A model generated the notes under the pieces. It ran no database searches, was not told the DNA's origin, and saw only the letters and a program-made list of their open reading frames with translations. The position numbers and the translations under genes are program-made. From positions 52,516,001 to 52,580,000 of the forward strand of contig CM052817.1 of the NCBI GenBank assembly GCA_028534125.1: a stretch of DNA of 64,000 nucleotides, written 5' to 3'. Positions 13,973 through 26,815 of this stretch are shown here, one piece after another. Within the stretch, counting starts at the first letter, position 1. The number at the start of each line of letters is the position of its first letter. The DNA is from Lama glama. Its lineage: Eukaryota.

Positions 13973-16900
13973 AAGAAAGATTGGGCAGGCTCTAAATTTT
14001 AAATCCATGCTCTTATAATTTGAATTTTTCATACTAACTCTATATTATAGATTTATGTATATGGTAACAATAAATATAAATAAAATTGAAGAAATCATGT
14101 TAAATTGTAGTCAGTATTTTGGTAAAAACATTTTGTTAATGCCCAAGATAGAAAGCTTTAGCAATTAACTAACTCTCTTTATAAGATTTTATAAACGTCT
14201 CAGAATAGATTTCCATGTAAAATTAATACAAACATATTACAGAAAGTGTAACATACCTTAGACTGACATCTATAGCTTGTGCCCTAAAAATTCCCCTCCA
14301 GGTCCCTTTCTTGAAATTTCTAAATGTAAATGTGGCATGCTAATTTTGAAATTTTCATTATATAAGAACAAACCTCTAGGTGCAATTTTACATTGCAAAT
14401 ACATTATAAACATTATTGAGGAAGTAGATGGAAGTCTTTGATTTTTGGTTGTAACTGTGTTTTAGACAATACCTGCCATCGTTTTATCCCCTGTAGCACA
14501 ATCTTCAGTTAAGCTCACATTTTGCCATCTTTTATGTGTCCACAGCATGCCATGCTCTTCTACACCTCTGTGCCTTTGATTGTAGTGTGTTGTTTCTTAA
14601 TCTTCTGCCACTAATTTGCAGAGAATACTATTCATCCTTTATGGACTTCCTCATAAACTAATTGGATTATTTACCCTGTTACTCAACTTCAATTGTTTTT
14701 TGCCTTAACAATTTGCTTTTGTGCAGAATGAACAATCCTCCAGAGTAGGATATGTGGATAAGGGATTTATAAAAGGTAGAAGCTCAAAACTGTTTTCTGA
14801 ATAAAAAGGTGAAATTATTCATGTGCTATGAATAATTTTCAGTCACAAGAAATTTCCTGTTTTTGTGAAGTAACTTCTGTTAAATGAATATTTTTGCTCC
14901 CTGACATAGCATTCTTCATCATACTGGATTTTAAAATATTTTGGGTTTTGTTGTGGTTTTGTTTTACTGTCTTAAAAATTTTGTTGTATCAAATCCAGAG
15001 AAATGATGAATCATTTATGAATTATGTTGCCTCTTTTTGAATAAGTTCTTCCTTATAGACTTTAAGGAAAGTCTTTGTTTTACTAGTTGCCATCATCATT
15101 ACAATGGCACTTTTATAAGTCTTTGAGAAAAATTTTGGTGACTTACTAAGACATTGGGAGTTACTGGGGATACTTAGATTCATAGAATAATCTAAATTAT
15201 TTAGGACCGGGCTCTATATAGGAACTTGTACTAAATATTTGCTGTACAAAATGAGTCTACTATCACTTTCTCTCAAAGAGTACAAAGCATTATCTCAGTA
15301 ATACATTACTCCTGTGAATCCCTCCCAGATGAATTCATCAGGACACATGGAACATTTGAGCACTTTCCCACTCTCTATGTAATATCTATTAAGTAAATTC
15401 TCAAAGTTAGTGGAGGCTAGAAGAATTTTAGTAATAGTGAAATAAGCAAACTACACTCCGTAATATCAATGATAATGCTAAAAAAAACTTTTTCAAAATC
15501 ATTTTTAGAACTCCAGAAATTAATTAATGGCTTGCAAAATATGAGAAGTGTTTATTCGATTAAAATTTTGAATCTTGCTTTAAAAAGAGAGTTCGAGCCA
15601 TTTTAATTGCCCTAATCCCTTTTCTTCTCCTTACATCTGCAGTAACTTTGAAAACCAACAACCTCAATACCATGATAGCTACAAAACCATGTAACATAGC
15701 AGTCACTGGAGCGAGCAGAATGGGGTTTTAGCACCTAAAGACAACCATCCCAAGAGAATTATCAGTATTTCTCCGTTATCTCAGTGAAAAGCTCAATTCA
15801 TAGGGACTATGATTATTTGTCCTGATTCAGAGCTCAAGCTAAATGAAAAACCCTATTCCCCAGGTATTTGTCAAAAACAGTAAGTGGCATCTGTTTAACA
15901 TTCCAGCTGCCTGACGTGATAATAGTTGAGAGTAAGAAGAGGATAGTCAAAAAATAATAAAGGTACAACTTCAGAATAGGATATCCATAGGGGAATTTTA
16001 AAACTACAGCATATTTCCAGGACCTATGTGCATGCCCAGGAAAGGCCTCAGAAGGCCTGAAACTTTAACTTCTTGCTGACCTTAAAGCTCAGTACAAGCA
16101 GCAAATAGAGACTAAGGCAGAGCTGTAAACAGTTTGCTAGGTAAATAAGAGTGTAACTCAACACACACACACATTCACACACATAGGTGTACAAACATGG
16201 TTATTGGCAAAGGCTAAGATTTTTTGGTTGCAAGAATTTAAGAAAATATCTTAAAGTAGGGAGTAGGGAAAAATATATTTTTTCCAGAATTGCCACAATA
16301 TATTATTTAAAATAAAACAAATTGTAACAAAAATTATGACATAAAAATTAACAGGAAATTATGGCCAATACACATGAGAAAAAGTAAACAGTCAATAAAA
16401 ACTATCTCTGAGGAAAGCCAGATATAGGAATTACTAGAGAAATTCTTTAAATCAGTTATTACAAATATTTTTAACTAAAGGAAATCATGAAAGACTAGAA
16501 TAATGTCTCACCAAATAGACAATAACAATAAATTAACAGAAGTTATAAAAATTAAATAAATAGAAATATTGGAGCTGATAAGTCCAATGACTAAAAAGAA
16601 TTCTGTAGAATACTCCACAGTAGATTTGAACTGGCAGAAGAGAGAATTAATATACTTAAAGAAAGTCAACTGAGGTTATTTAGTCTGCAGGACTGAAAGA
16701 AAAATAGAGTAAGGAAAAAATACCACAATCTTGATATCTTTTGGATTTTCTCAAAAGTTTCACCATTGGCATTATGAAAATTCCATAAGGAGAGGACAAA
16801 AAAAGGGGGAAAGAACATTTTTTAAAATGTTACATCTTTACAAATTTGATGTAGAATTTTAATCTGCACGTCCAAGAAACTCAAGAAACTCCAAGATCAA

Positions 16901-16999
16901 CAGAAAGAGGCCTACATGGAGACAGACAATAGTCAAACTGTCAGAAACTGAGTGAAAGAAAGGAACTTGAACACAGTAAGATAAAAAATAATTCATCAT

Positions 17000-17536
17000 A
17001 TTTTGCTGGGGATTCTGTAGCTGGTACAGTAAATTAAGAATATAAAGATTAAGACCTGCTGGTTGAGGATGAACAAGCCACCCACATGGAGTTGGCAGGT
17101 AGCTTCTTCAGCATTTGATCTACCAGTGGAAAGTGAAAACTCTGGAAGAATTTTGATTGAAGGCACAGCTTCAGTACACCCACACAAAGAAAGTAAAGCT
17201 ACAATATTTATTACTTACAAATCCCAGAAATGGGGAGTTGTGCAGGGTAAGGATAGTCCTCTGTCCCAGGTCATAAGTAAGTAAACAGATATAGCAGGTA
17301 GCAGACACCTATTACTTATAAGGTGCTTGGGGCAGCAGTTACTAACTTTTCATGGGCTCAACTCTAGCTCTAAGTGGCTATTTTAACAGGTGCCCAAAGA
17401 AAAATGAGCAGGAACTTGTGGTGAGAATCCTAATCTCACATTCTTAGTGAAGTGAGCCAACTCTGGGTGTGAGCAGGGTCACCACATTGTAAAATGCCTA
17501 GGAAGCAACTCAAAAAACAGCTGTTTTCTCATCACA
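17000..17536 (-). mobile_element. Solo LTR (family unassigned) inserted in L1 ORF1
   Basis: Non-L1 ~540-bp block; host L1 ORF1 breaks at attcatcata and resumes at catgaaaggaattctcaat. Minus strand starts TGTGATGAG and contains AATAAA (tttatt at ~17207). Confidence 0.6.
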
Positions 17537-17769
17537 CATGAAAGGAATTCTCAATAACATGAATAGAAGGTTTTTCTTTAGAAACCATAGAGGTCAGAAT
17601 GCATGAGGTAACATATTCTATATGCTGAAAGACTCTTACCAAAAATTTTATACCCAACAAAACTCTCCTTCAAAAGAAAGAAAATAAAATGTTCCTAAAT
17701 TAACAAAAACTGAGATAGTCTGTCACGGTAAGGCACATCCTATAAGAAATATTAAAAGAGTCCTTCAGT

Positions 17770-18675
17770 GAAGACATACAAATGGCCAATAGGCACATGG
17801 GAAAATGCTCAATATCACTAATTATGAGAGAAATGCAAGTCAAAACTACAATGAGGTATCACCTCACACCAGTCAGATGGTTATCATTCAAAAGTCCACA
17901 AATGATAAATGCTAGAGAGGGTGTGGAGTAAAGGGAACCCTCCTAAACTGTTGGCAGAAATGTAGTTTGGTGTAGTCATTATGGAAAACAGTTTGGAAAT
18001 TCCTCAAAAAACTAAAAACAGACTTAATCATATGATCCAGCAACCCCACTCCTGGACATGTATCAAGAGGGAATTCTAATTCGAAAACATACATGCACCC
18101 CAGTGTTCATACAATATATACAATAGCCAAGACATGGAAACACTGTAAATGTCCATTGACTGAGGACTGGATAAAGAAGTTGCAGTATATTTATACAGTG
18201 GAATACTACTCAGTCATAAAAAAGAATAAAATAATGCCACTTGCAGCAGCATGGGTAGACCTAGAGATCGTCATTCTAAGTGAAGTAAGCCAGAAAGAGA
18301 AAGAAAAATATCATACGATATCTCTCATATGTGGAATCTGAAAAAAGAAGAAAAGAAAACACTACTGAACTCATCTACAAAACAGAAACAGACTCGCAGC
18401 CATAATAAACAATCTTGTGGTTACTGGGGGGAGGAGGGTAGAAAGGGATAAATTTGGGAGTTTGAGATTTGTAAATGTTAGCCACTATATATAAAAATAG
18501 ATTTAAAAAAAACCAAATTTCTCCTGTATAGCACAGGGAACTATACTTATAATCTTGTAATAACCTTTAATGAAAAAGAATATGAAAATGAAGATATGTA
18601 TGCATTTGCATGGCTGGGACACCAGAAATGGACATATTATAACTGACTGTACTTCAATTAAAAATAAAATAAAAT
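17770..18675 (+). mobile_element. 5'-truncated lineage-specific (camelid-like) L1 3' end with A-tail and TSD
   Basis: ORF2 C-terminus plus 3'UTR (WVDLEIVILSEVSQKEK; tgtatagcacagggaactata). Degenerate TSD aaaagagtccttcag (17754-17768) / aaaatagtcctttag (18671-18685). Confidence 0.9.
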
Positions 18676-19387
18676 AGTCCTTTAGACTGAAATAAATGGT
18701 CAATAACAGTAACTCAAATCTACGTGAAAAATAAAGAGCATTGGCAAATGTAACTATGTAACTAAACATAAAATATTGTATGAATGTATTTTTGTTTGCA
18801 ACTCACTTCTCCTGTATTGAAATACAACTAATAAAGCAATAACTATAAAACTGGATTCAAGGATTTATTATATATGTTATACATATATTATTTATTATAT
18901 ATTGTATATATGCATAAATATACAAGCGATATGAAAATAATAGTACAAAGGATGGTGAAAGGAATATAATTACAGCCAAGTTTTTGTACACTGCTGAAAT
19001 TGATTTGTTTTTATTCCAAGTTGGAGTAAATTAAGTTGTTAATTATAACTCTCAGTAAAACTAGCAATAAAAAACTGAAAATTTTAAAATATTATGAAAA
19101 ATACCATGAAATATCATGAAAAAAACATGAAAAAATCTAAAGGGAATTAAAATGGTATATTAGAAAATATCTATTTGACACAAAAGACATGTAATGGAGG
19201 AAAGAAGAACCAAAAAGACATCAGACATACAGAAAACAAACAGCAAAATGACAGGCATAACTTTTCCTTATAAATAACTACATTAAGTGTAAAGGGACTA
19301 AACTTTTCAATTAAAGGGCAAAACATGACCCAGTAAATGCTTTGTGCAAGAGACACCTTACATTGAAAGGCACAACTAGTTTGACAC

Positions 19388-20275
19388 ATGATAAGATCCT
19401 TACTCATCATTAGGGAAATGCAAATCAAAACCACAATGAGATATCACTTCACACCTATTAGAACAGCTATTATTAAAATAAGATGAGAAAGAAAAAAAAT
19501 TGGCAAGGATGTGGAGAAAAGGGAACCCTCATGCACTGTTGGTGGGATTGTAAATTGGTATAGCAACTATGAAAAAGAATACGAAGGGTCTTAACAAAAT
19601 TTAAAATAGTATTGCCACAGCTCCAACATTTTCACTTCTGGGTATTTGCCCAAAGAAAACAAAAACACTAATTTGGAAAGATATATGCAAACCAATGTTC
19701 ATTGCAGCATTGTTTACAGTAGCCAAGACATGGAAGCAACCTAAATGTCCATCAATAGATAAATAGATAAAAAAGGATGTGGTATATAAATGTAAAAGAA
19801 TATCAGTCACCAATAAATAAGAAATATCACCATTTGAGACTACATGGATGGATCTAGAAGTTATTATGTCAAGTGCAATAAAGTAGACAGAGAAAGACAA
19901 ATACCATATGATCTCACTTATATGTGGAATCTAAAAAACAAAACAAATAAACATAACAAAAATAGATTCATAGATACAAAGGAAAAAAGGGGTGGGTGCC
20001 AGAGGGGAAGAAGTTAAGATTGCAAAAAGGGCAAAAAAGGTTAAGGGGATTAAGAGGTACAAACCTTCAGCTGAAAAATACATAAGCCACAGGGAGGAAA
20101 TACACAGCTTAAGAAATATGGTCAATGACTTTGTAATGACTTTGGGGACAGACGGTTACTAGACTTATAATGGTGATTATTTCATAGTGTATGCAAATGT
20201 CAAATCACAATGTAGTACACCTGAAACTAACATTACATTGTATACCAACTAGGTTTCAATAAAAAAAAAAAAATC
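19388..20275 (+). mobile_element. 5'-truncated L1 (L1MA9-like) 3' end with poly(A)
   Basis: gggaaatgcaaatcaaaaccacaatgagatatca...gtacacctgaaactaac...caataaaaaaaaaaaaa; degenerate TSD aaaggcacaactagtttga / aagagcacaaataagttga. Confidence 0.9.
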
Positions 20276-21244
20276 CCACAAAAAAAGAGCACAAATAAGT
20301 TGAAAGCAAACAATTTTTAAAAGACATACCATGCAAATTGTAGTAAAAAGAAGCTAGAGTAGCAATGTTAATATCAGACAAAGTGGATTTTAAAACAAAT
20401 GCTGTTCTAGAAACTGAGAAGAACATTTTTAAATAATAAAAGTGTCAATCCATCAGGGAGATATAAAATTACAAACGTATGAGCTTAACAATAGAGGCCC
20501 AAAATACATGAAACAAACAGTGACAGAATTGGTGGGAGAAATAAACAATTTAACAATGATATTTAGACTTCAGTAATCTACCTTTGGAAATAGAAATAAC
20601 ATTCTAGGCAGAAGATCAAAAGGAAATAGAAAGTTTGAAAAACAATATAAATTAATGAAATCTAACTGACATACTAGAACATTTCAATCAACAACAGAAG
20701 AATGTGCATTCTTTTAAGGTCACAAGAAGCCTTTTTCGTAGATTATATGTTAGGTAATTTAAAAGATCCTATTAAATTAAAATTTTTGACAGTTAAAATC
20801 ATACAAAGTACATTCTGGGATCACAGTGCAATGAAATTAGAAATCAATAACATATGGAAATTTGGGAAATTCAAAAATATGTGGAAATTACAGAACACCC
20901 AATTAAACAAACACTGGATCAAAAAAGAAATCATATGCAAAATTTTTAAATACTTCAGGATGAATCAAAAAAAACCCCAATGTACCAAAACTTACAGTAC
21001 ACAGCTAAAGTGGTGGTAAGAAAATTTTTACAGCAATAAACTTTTATATTTTAAATAAGACTTCAAATCAAAAACCTAATCTTTAATCTTAAGAACTAGA
21101 AAAACAATAAGTAAACTCTATGTAAGCAGAGGAAAACAAAGTTATAAAGATATACACGGAAATAAATAAAATAGAGTATAGAAAAAAAAATAGAAAAAAT
21201 CAACAAAACCAAAAGCTGGTTATACAAAAGATGAAGGCACATGA

Positions 21245-21367
21245 ACAAGTTTGGTTGAAAGATGAGCCCAGTCCAAATGAGCTGAATCCTACAGACTCAT
21301 GAGCTAAATAAATATTTATTGTTTTTGTCACTGAGTTAATAGTTGTTGGCAATAGATAGCTGATGCC
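21245..21367 (+). mobile_element. MLT1-type LTR 3' fragment
   Basis: gagcccagtccaaat...cagactcatgagctaaataaat...gcaatagatagctgat. Confidence 0.55.
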
Positions 21368-21819
21368 ACTTTAAATATCATTTATTATATTTAAAATATA
21401 TATCAACATTCAGTAATTTTTTAATTTCTTATACTTTTAACTCATGAAGGGAAGAATCTTTCAATAAACCTAATATACATGTTCAGATAGTTTTTACACA
21501 CAGGATAGAAAATCTGAGACCTCCTCATTCTTTTCTAGAATATTTATAAGGGAAAATCTTGTATCATCAGCTTATTTATCAATCAGCATTACATACTTTA
21601 ACACAGTTTCTGAGGTATAAAATCACAGTTTGTTCTTGTATGTCAACATTTTCTTTCATAATGTTTAAATTCTTCATTGACCATTCCTACAAAGATCATT
21701 TTGTCTTGGAAGAAAGTTATACCGTTTTTTCCCACTCTGTTCATAATATCAACAAAGCCCATTTTTTAATTTCCCCATACACAGCTAAGAGACAACTATA
21801 AAGTCAACAGAGGAAGGAA

Positions 21820-22090
21820 AGAATGGTGGATAAGAGCATGTTCCTTGGACCACACTTGTTGGATTCAGAAATACATTGTGTACATGATAGTTGTGTGGCC
21901 CTGGACAAGTGACTTAAACATGGCATGCTTCAGCTTCATTCCTGATAAAATGTGAGAATGGTATCTGCTTCAAAGATACAATAGAGAGATTAAATCAGTT
22001 AATTTATACTAAATGTTTAAGAGAGTGTTTTATATATAATATTATTTAGTATTAGAGCTTATTATTATTATTTATTATTATTATTGTTAC
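21820..22090 (+). mobile_element. MIR SINE
   Basis: gtggataagagcatg..agttgtgtggccctggacaagtgacttaa..cttcagcttcattcctgataaaatg..gagattaaat..attattattatt tail. Confidence 0.8.
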
Positions 22091-22109
22091 TAAAAGCTGT
22101 TTTACAAGG

Positions 22110-22590
22110 TGTGGTGGGAAGAAAGGCCACACAAAGATGTCCACAAACTTGAGACAGTGAATATGTTAGGTTCCGTGGACAAAAGGAATTAAGATTACAG
22201 ATGCAATCAAATGACCATAAAATAGGGGAAATAGGGAGATCTTCCTGGATTATATGAGTGGGCCCAACATAATCACAAGGGTTCTCAAAAGTGGAAGAGG
22301 GAGGGAGAAGAGGAGAGTTGAGAGATGTGACCAAAGAATAAGGGTCAAGGAGATGATATGTTTCTGGCTTTGAAGACAGAGGAAGAAGGTCACATCCACA
22401 AGCTGGGAAATATGAGAAAAAGTTTCTCCTAAAGTGTCTGGAAAAGAATCCAGCCCTGCCAACTCATTGAGTTCAGCCCAATAAAACCCATCAGACTTCT
22501 ACCTATGGAACTGTAGAATAATTAATGTATTTTGTTTTAAACCATTAGCATTGTAGTAATTTGTTGTAGCTGCGGTAGGAAACTAATGCA
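22110..22590 (+). mobile_element. MLT1D-like MaLR solo LTR
   Basis: tgtggtgg..aaagatgtccac..ggaattaagattacagatg..cctggattat..gggcccaacataatcacaagggttct..gtaggaaactaatgca. Confidence 0.85.
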
Positions 22591-22769
22591 GAATGATAGG
22601 AAGAAATGTCAACAGAGAGAAAATTAAATTGCATACAAGATATGTTTGATCTCATAATCTACATTCCCAATTCTTCCCATTGGAATCCAACATCATATCT
22701 ACACAATTTTTTAATTTCTTCAATGTGATAGAAATTCACCTTGTTTTCAGACACAAAGAGAATTCTGAA

Positions 22770-23450
22770 GTTTAGGAGTCCAATCCCTTGCTTACATTTA
22801 TATTCTATGTCCTCATTCTCAGGATGTTTCAGAATAGAGACACCATTTTCCTTTAGATGGAAATCCCAGTCCTACACAGGGGATGACCTTTGACCTAATG
22901 ACCCCAAACAAACCCATTAAAATTATACTATTAAATTATACAGAAAAAAAAAGTTAGCATAGCAGCTGACGCTGTATATTTAAAAGGAACTTCTTGTAAA
23001 ATTGGGAACCTGGCAGGCAAACCATTCCCTAACTGATAAAGGTGGTTCACTGTGCCTAGACTGTGTGTACAATAGAAGTGATTTATTCTTAGCATTGCTT
23101 TTCTTGATGGAAGTCTGGCTTTCATAAGTGCTAAGTGAAGCATTGTCCACATAATCAGTCCCTTCACAAAAAATTCTGGGTATTGAGTCACTAATGAGCC
23201 TCCTTGAGTAAAAATATTGTACACATATTATGTCCTTTTATTACTGGAGAAATGAACATAATTGGTATCTCTACTCACTAGAGGGAGGGAACATAAGAAA
23301 ACCTGTGCATGTGTTCATGGATTTCTCCAGACTCTGTGTCTTTTTTCCTTTCTAATCCTGTCAAGTATCTTTGCAATGTAATTGCAATCTTAGCTATGAA
23401 TAATACAACTGTGTGCTGAGTTGAGTCACCAAACACCGTATTTGAGAACT
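22770..23450 (+). mobile_element. MER21/MER68/MER77-group ERVL solo LTR
   Basis: ggtggttcactgtgcctagactg..aaaaattctgggtattgagtcactaatgagc..ggatttctccagactc..aatcttagctatgaataatacaac. Confidence 0.7.
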
Positions 23451-26400
23451 TGAATAGATTCCACACTGAAGTTTGGAAATCAAAGAACAGATCTTTTGTT
23501 TTATTTTTTGTTTTTCCTCTATCAACGTGAGGTATATACATTTATATATATCCACCTCTGTCCTATTGCCCTTCAGTTAACTGCTCTTAATTTACTTCAA
23601 GAAAGTTTTTGAACCAAAACAGTCCCAGACACAGGTCTGTGCAACTATGTACGTGCATAAATGCATACATATAGCATACACACATATCTGTCATTCAAGA
23701 ATTAGCAATAATTTTCAGGTTCAGTGACTCCTAAAACCATAATTACATTTGCTTTTTTCCCTAAAAGCCTGATTTCTTGTCAGATACATCACAGAACATC
23801 TCTTGGAGGCAGAAACTGAAAAAAGGTGAAGAAAGTCTTCACAAAAAGTAAGAAAAAATGCAGGTATAAGTCAATTTGACTTACGTAGAAAGAAAAACGT
23901 CTATTCATGTGGTGACAGGGGAGTGGAGAACTGTGTGTTCTAGAACAGAGTTAGCTAGAGTGTTGATGTGGGAAAAGCGAGGTTTCCTAGGTACACATTT
24001 ATCCAAAAATTCTGGGAAATTTATAAGCAAGGCTATAGCAGTTAGTAGAAATTAGGGGAGGGAGTGATTATGATGTATTATAAGGGAGAAAATTTTCTGA
24101 AGATTTTTAGAGGGGAGTGGACCCAGGCACAAAATAAATAAATAGCAGTTTTAGTGACTGCCTTACGTACACATTGGTCCAGTCTGCTCAACAGTACTAG
24201 GAGTACTATTGAAATGTAAGTAGGGATGATTTAGGTTTGGAGATTGACAGAGTGGTTTTAACAGAGTTATAGACCCAAGATCCTACATTTATAATTTTTT
24301 TCACTATCAAATCGAAGCTCCATGAACTTAGGTACCACAGCTATATAGTTCACTGTTGAATCTTTAGGTTTAGAAGGATACCTTGCATAGAGCTAAACTC
24401 TCCGTATTTATTTGATGAATACATGCATTAATAGATAAATAGGGTTTGAGGAGAATTAACTGAAGCAGTTCAGTATAGATTCCAGACTTATGAGTTACAT
24501 ATAAACTGTAAATTTTAAATGAAGTGAAGCTTTTATGAATATTTAGCCTAGAATGAATAACCAAAGTGCATTAGACCATCTTTATCTTATAAAGATGATA
24601 AATATATCACTTGATATAAAAACATCTGAAATACAGTATTGTAATTTACGTCAGTTTTAGCATCATACATGTGCCTAAAATAAACTTATTGAATGAATAA
24701 TTATTAAGATAGGAAATCCCTAATCTTCATTAAATTTATTAGATACATATAAATGGACATTTTAAAGTGTAAACAATTCATATGCCATAAAACATGTTAA
24801 CATTTAAGAAATTTCTTACTGTTCATAAATATCACATTATAATTTCAAATTATATATATATACATATATGTATTACAAGTACAGCAAGCCTATCACACAT
24901 CTTTCAGCAATTAAGGTAATTACTCCAAATAGTATAAATAAATTGAGGTCGTAAGAGATCAAAGACTATCAAGTTGTTTTGATCAATAATCAGTTCTGCC
25001 AGATGAGACAACACATAGAAAATGCATGTAACCACATTAGGCTTATTTTCTAAGCCTTGAGGAGAATAGGATTATTCTTTAAAATTTAAGTTTCTGAAAA
25101 AGTGTGACCGTGTGATACGGAATGCTAAAACCCATGTAATGAATAAGACTTTGGAAGCATTCAAAAATAATATGAAATAACTTTAAAATGAGATTTTGTT
25201 ATAACCATATATTCACTCTGTAAACATACTTAGAGGCAGGCTACCCTGACCATTGTATCTGATGTAGAAATAGTAGAAATCTATAATTAATAACTTGGTT
25301 AACACAGTGGAGTGTCAATGTTTTCCTCTCTATGAATGTGACAGAACTAGAATGTAGATGTGTAATCTATGCCAAAATCCTCCTGAATGCAATCAGGCTT
25401 ATCTGATATTAAGAGCTAACCAATTACCTGATGTTCAAACTCTGATGCCCTATGGTAAATACGGCATTGAGCAGATATCCTCAGGGTTTCAGAAATTATG
25501 TTCCTGGCAAATTGGCATATCATCAGTTCAGAAATGGAAATACACTTCATGACACCAAATTAGAGTACTAATGGGAAGCATAGAATAATAAAATTTTTTA
25601 AAATGTGGTCCAAAAAAAGTCTGGAGGACACAGTGGTTAACAGCTGCAGAAACAGATGCAAAGCATGCATAACTAATAAAGCTGAAAAAAAAATCTGTTA
25701 AAAGATTAAAATGCCTATCTTTAACCAAAGAACATAATTCAGAAATAGGAGCACAACATATTAAAACCATTAAACCTTCCCAAAATTATAAAGCATGTGA
25801 ACTTGTTCTTCTAGAGGTATTCTACTTGACTTTTATCACTCTATAATTACAAGCATTAATCACTTTTTGATGTGTTAGGGAGTCGATGATTAGTATTTCT
25901 GTCTCTGCTGCTCAAATGCAGAATCAGAGAGAAGTAAAAAACCACAGGTTTTGAAGCTCCATGGGTTGGAAATATGGATATGAAGCTCCACGGGTTGGAA
26001 ATCAGAGCAGTGTGATGTCCTATCTACCGGTAAATACAGAAGGAAGTGCCCAGAAGAAATGAGTAGAACATGCACACCGGTTATGCAAAACTCATTTGCT
26101 TGCCAAATTATTCCTTCTCCTATGTTAAGGAATGACTAATAGGGGTAGAGATAGAAGGTAAATTTTCCAAGTTCACTTCACCTGGTTTCTACTTTGCAAG
26201 ATTAACTGTAAGACAGGAAAGAATAACCAATTATAGTATATTACATATTGCTTCTTGAAACTTAAATGTAGACAGATTTTTAATTTATTTTTCAAGCAAT
26301 CTTCCAATCATAATAGATTTTGTGATAGCATTACAAAATATATTTAGCCTAACAATTTTTTTCTCTCCTCTTTCCTTCCTTCCTGCCTCCCTGCTTTACT

Positions 26401-26604
26401 TCCTCACACCATCCCTCCATTACTTCTTGTCTTTGTCAGAGAAACTCACCAGCACAGTTCAATTTCACCTATAAAAAGTGATTGAGCACTCTCACTCCAT
26501 TTGTACTCTATGGCTCATTTGAAAAATTTAATATCTTCCAAAGTTTTATGGACAATATTTTTTAAAGTTTTAATCACTGGGAGGGAAGAGGTTAAATGAG
26601 GATC

Positions 26605-26815
26605 ATGGTAGATAGAACCTTAAACTGATTATCAAATGATCTATACATTTATTGCCCTCCCTTCTATAAAACACTCCACGTGACTGTGGGTAAGACCTAT
26701 GAATATGATGGGTTATCACTCCCAAGATTTTTTGTTAATCAGCTGCCTTGAGTAAATCAAAAGGAAGATTATCCTGGGAGGGCCTGACCTAATCAGGTAA
26801 GCCCTTAAAGAAGGT
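26605..26815 (+). mobile_element. MLT1E-like MaLR LTR 5' fragment
   Basis: gacctatgaatatgatgggttatcactccc..aatcaaaaggaagattatcctgggagggcctgacctaatcaggtaagcccttaaa. Confidence 0.8.

Larger units (their letters stand above)
15410..21232 (+). mobile_element. Old L1M element (5'UTR-ORF1-ORF2 endonuclease), host to nested insertions
   Basis: ORF1-like gtagatttgaactggcagaagagaga, ccaagaaactcaagaaactcca, agaaaccatagaggtcaga; ORF2 EN-like acattaagtgtaaagggactaaac, gctagagtagcaatgttaatatcagacaaagtggattttaaaac, and IIQSTFWDHSAMKLEIN (ORF 20702). Confidence 0.85.

Noticed and set aside
25952..26002. Repeat-spacer-repeat as a CRISPR-like array
   Set aside because: Only two copies, a 7-bp spacer and mammalian context.
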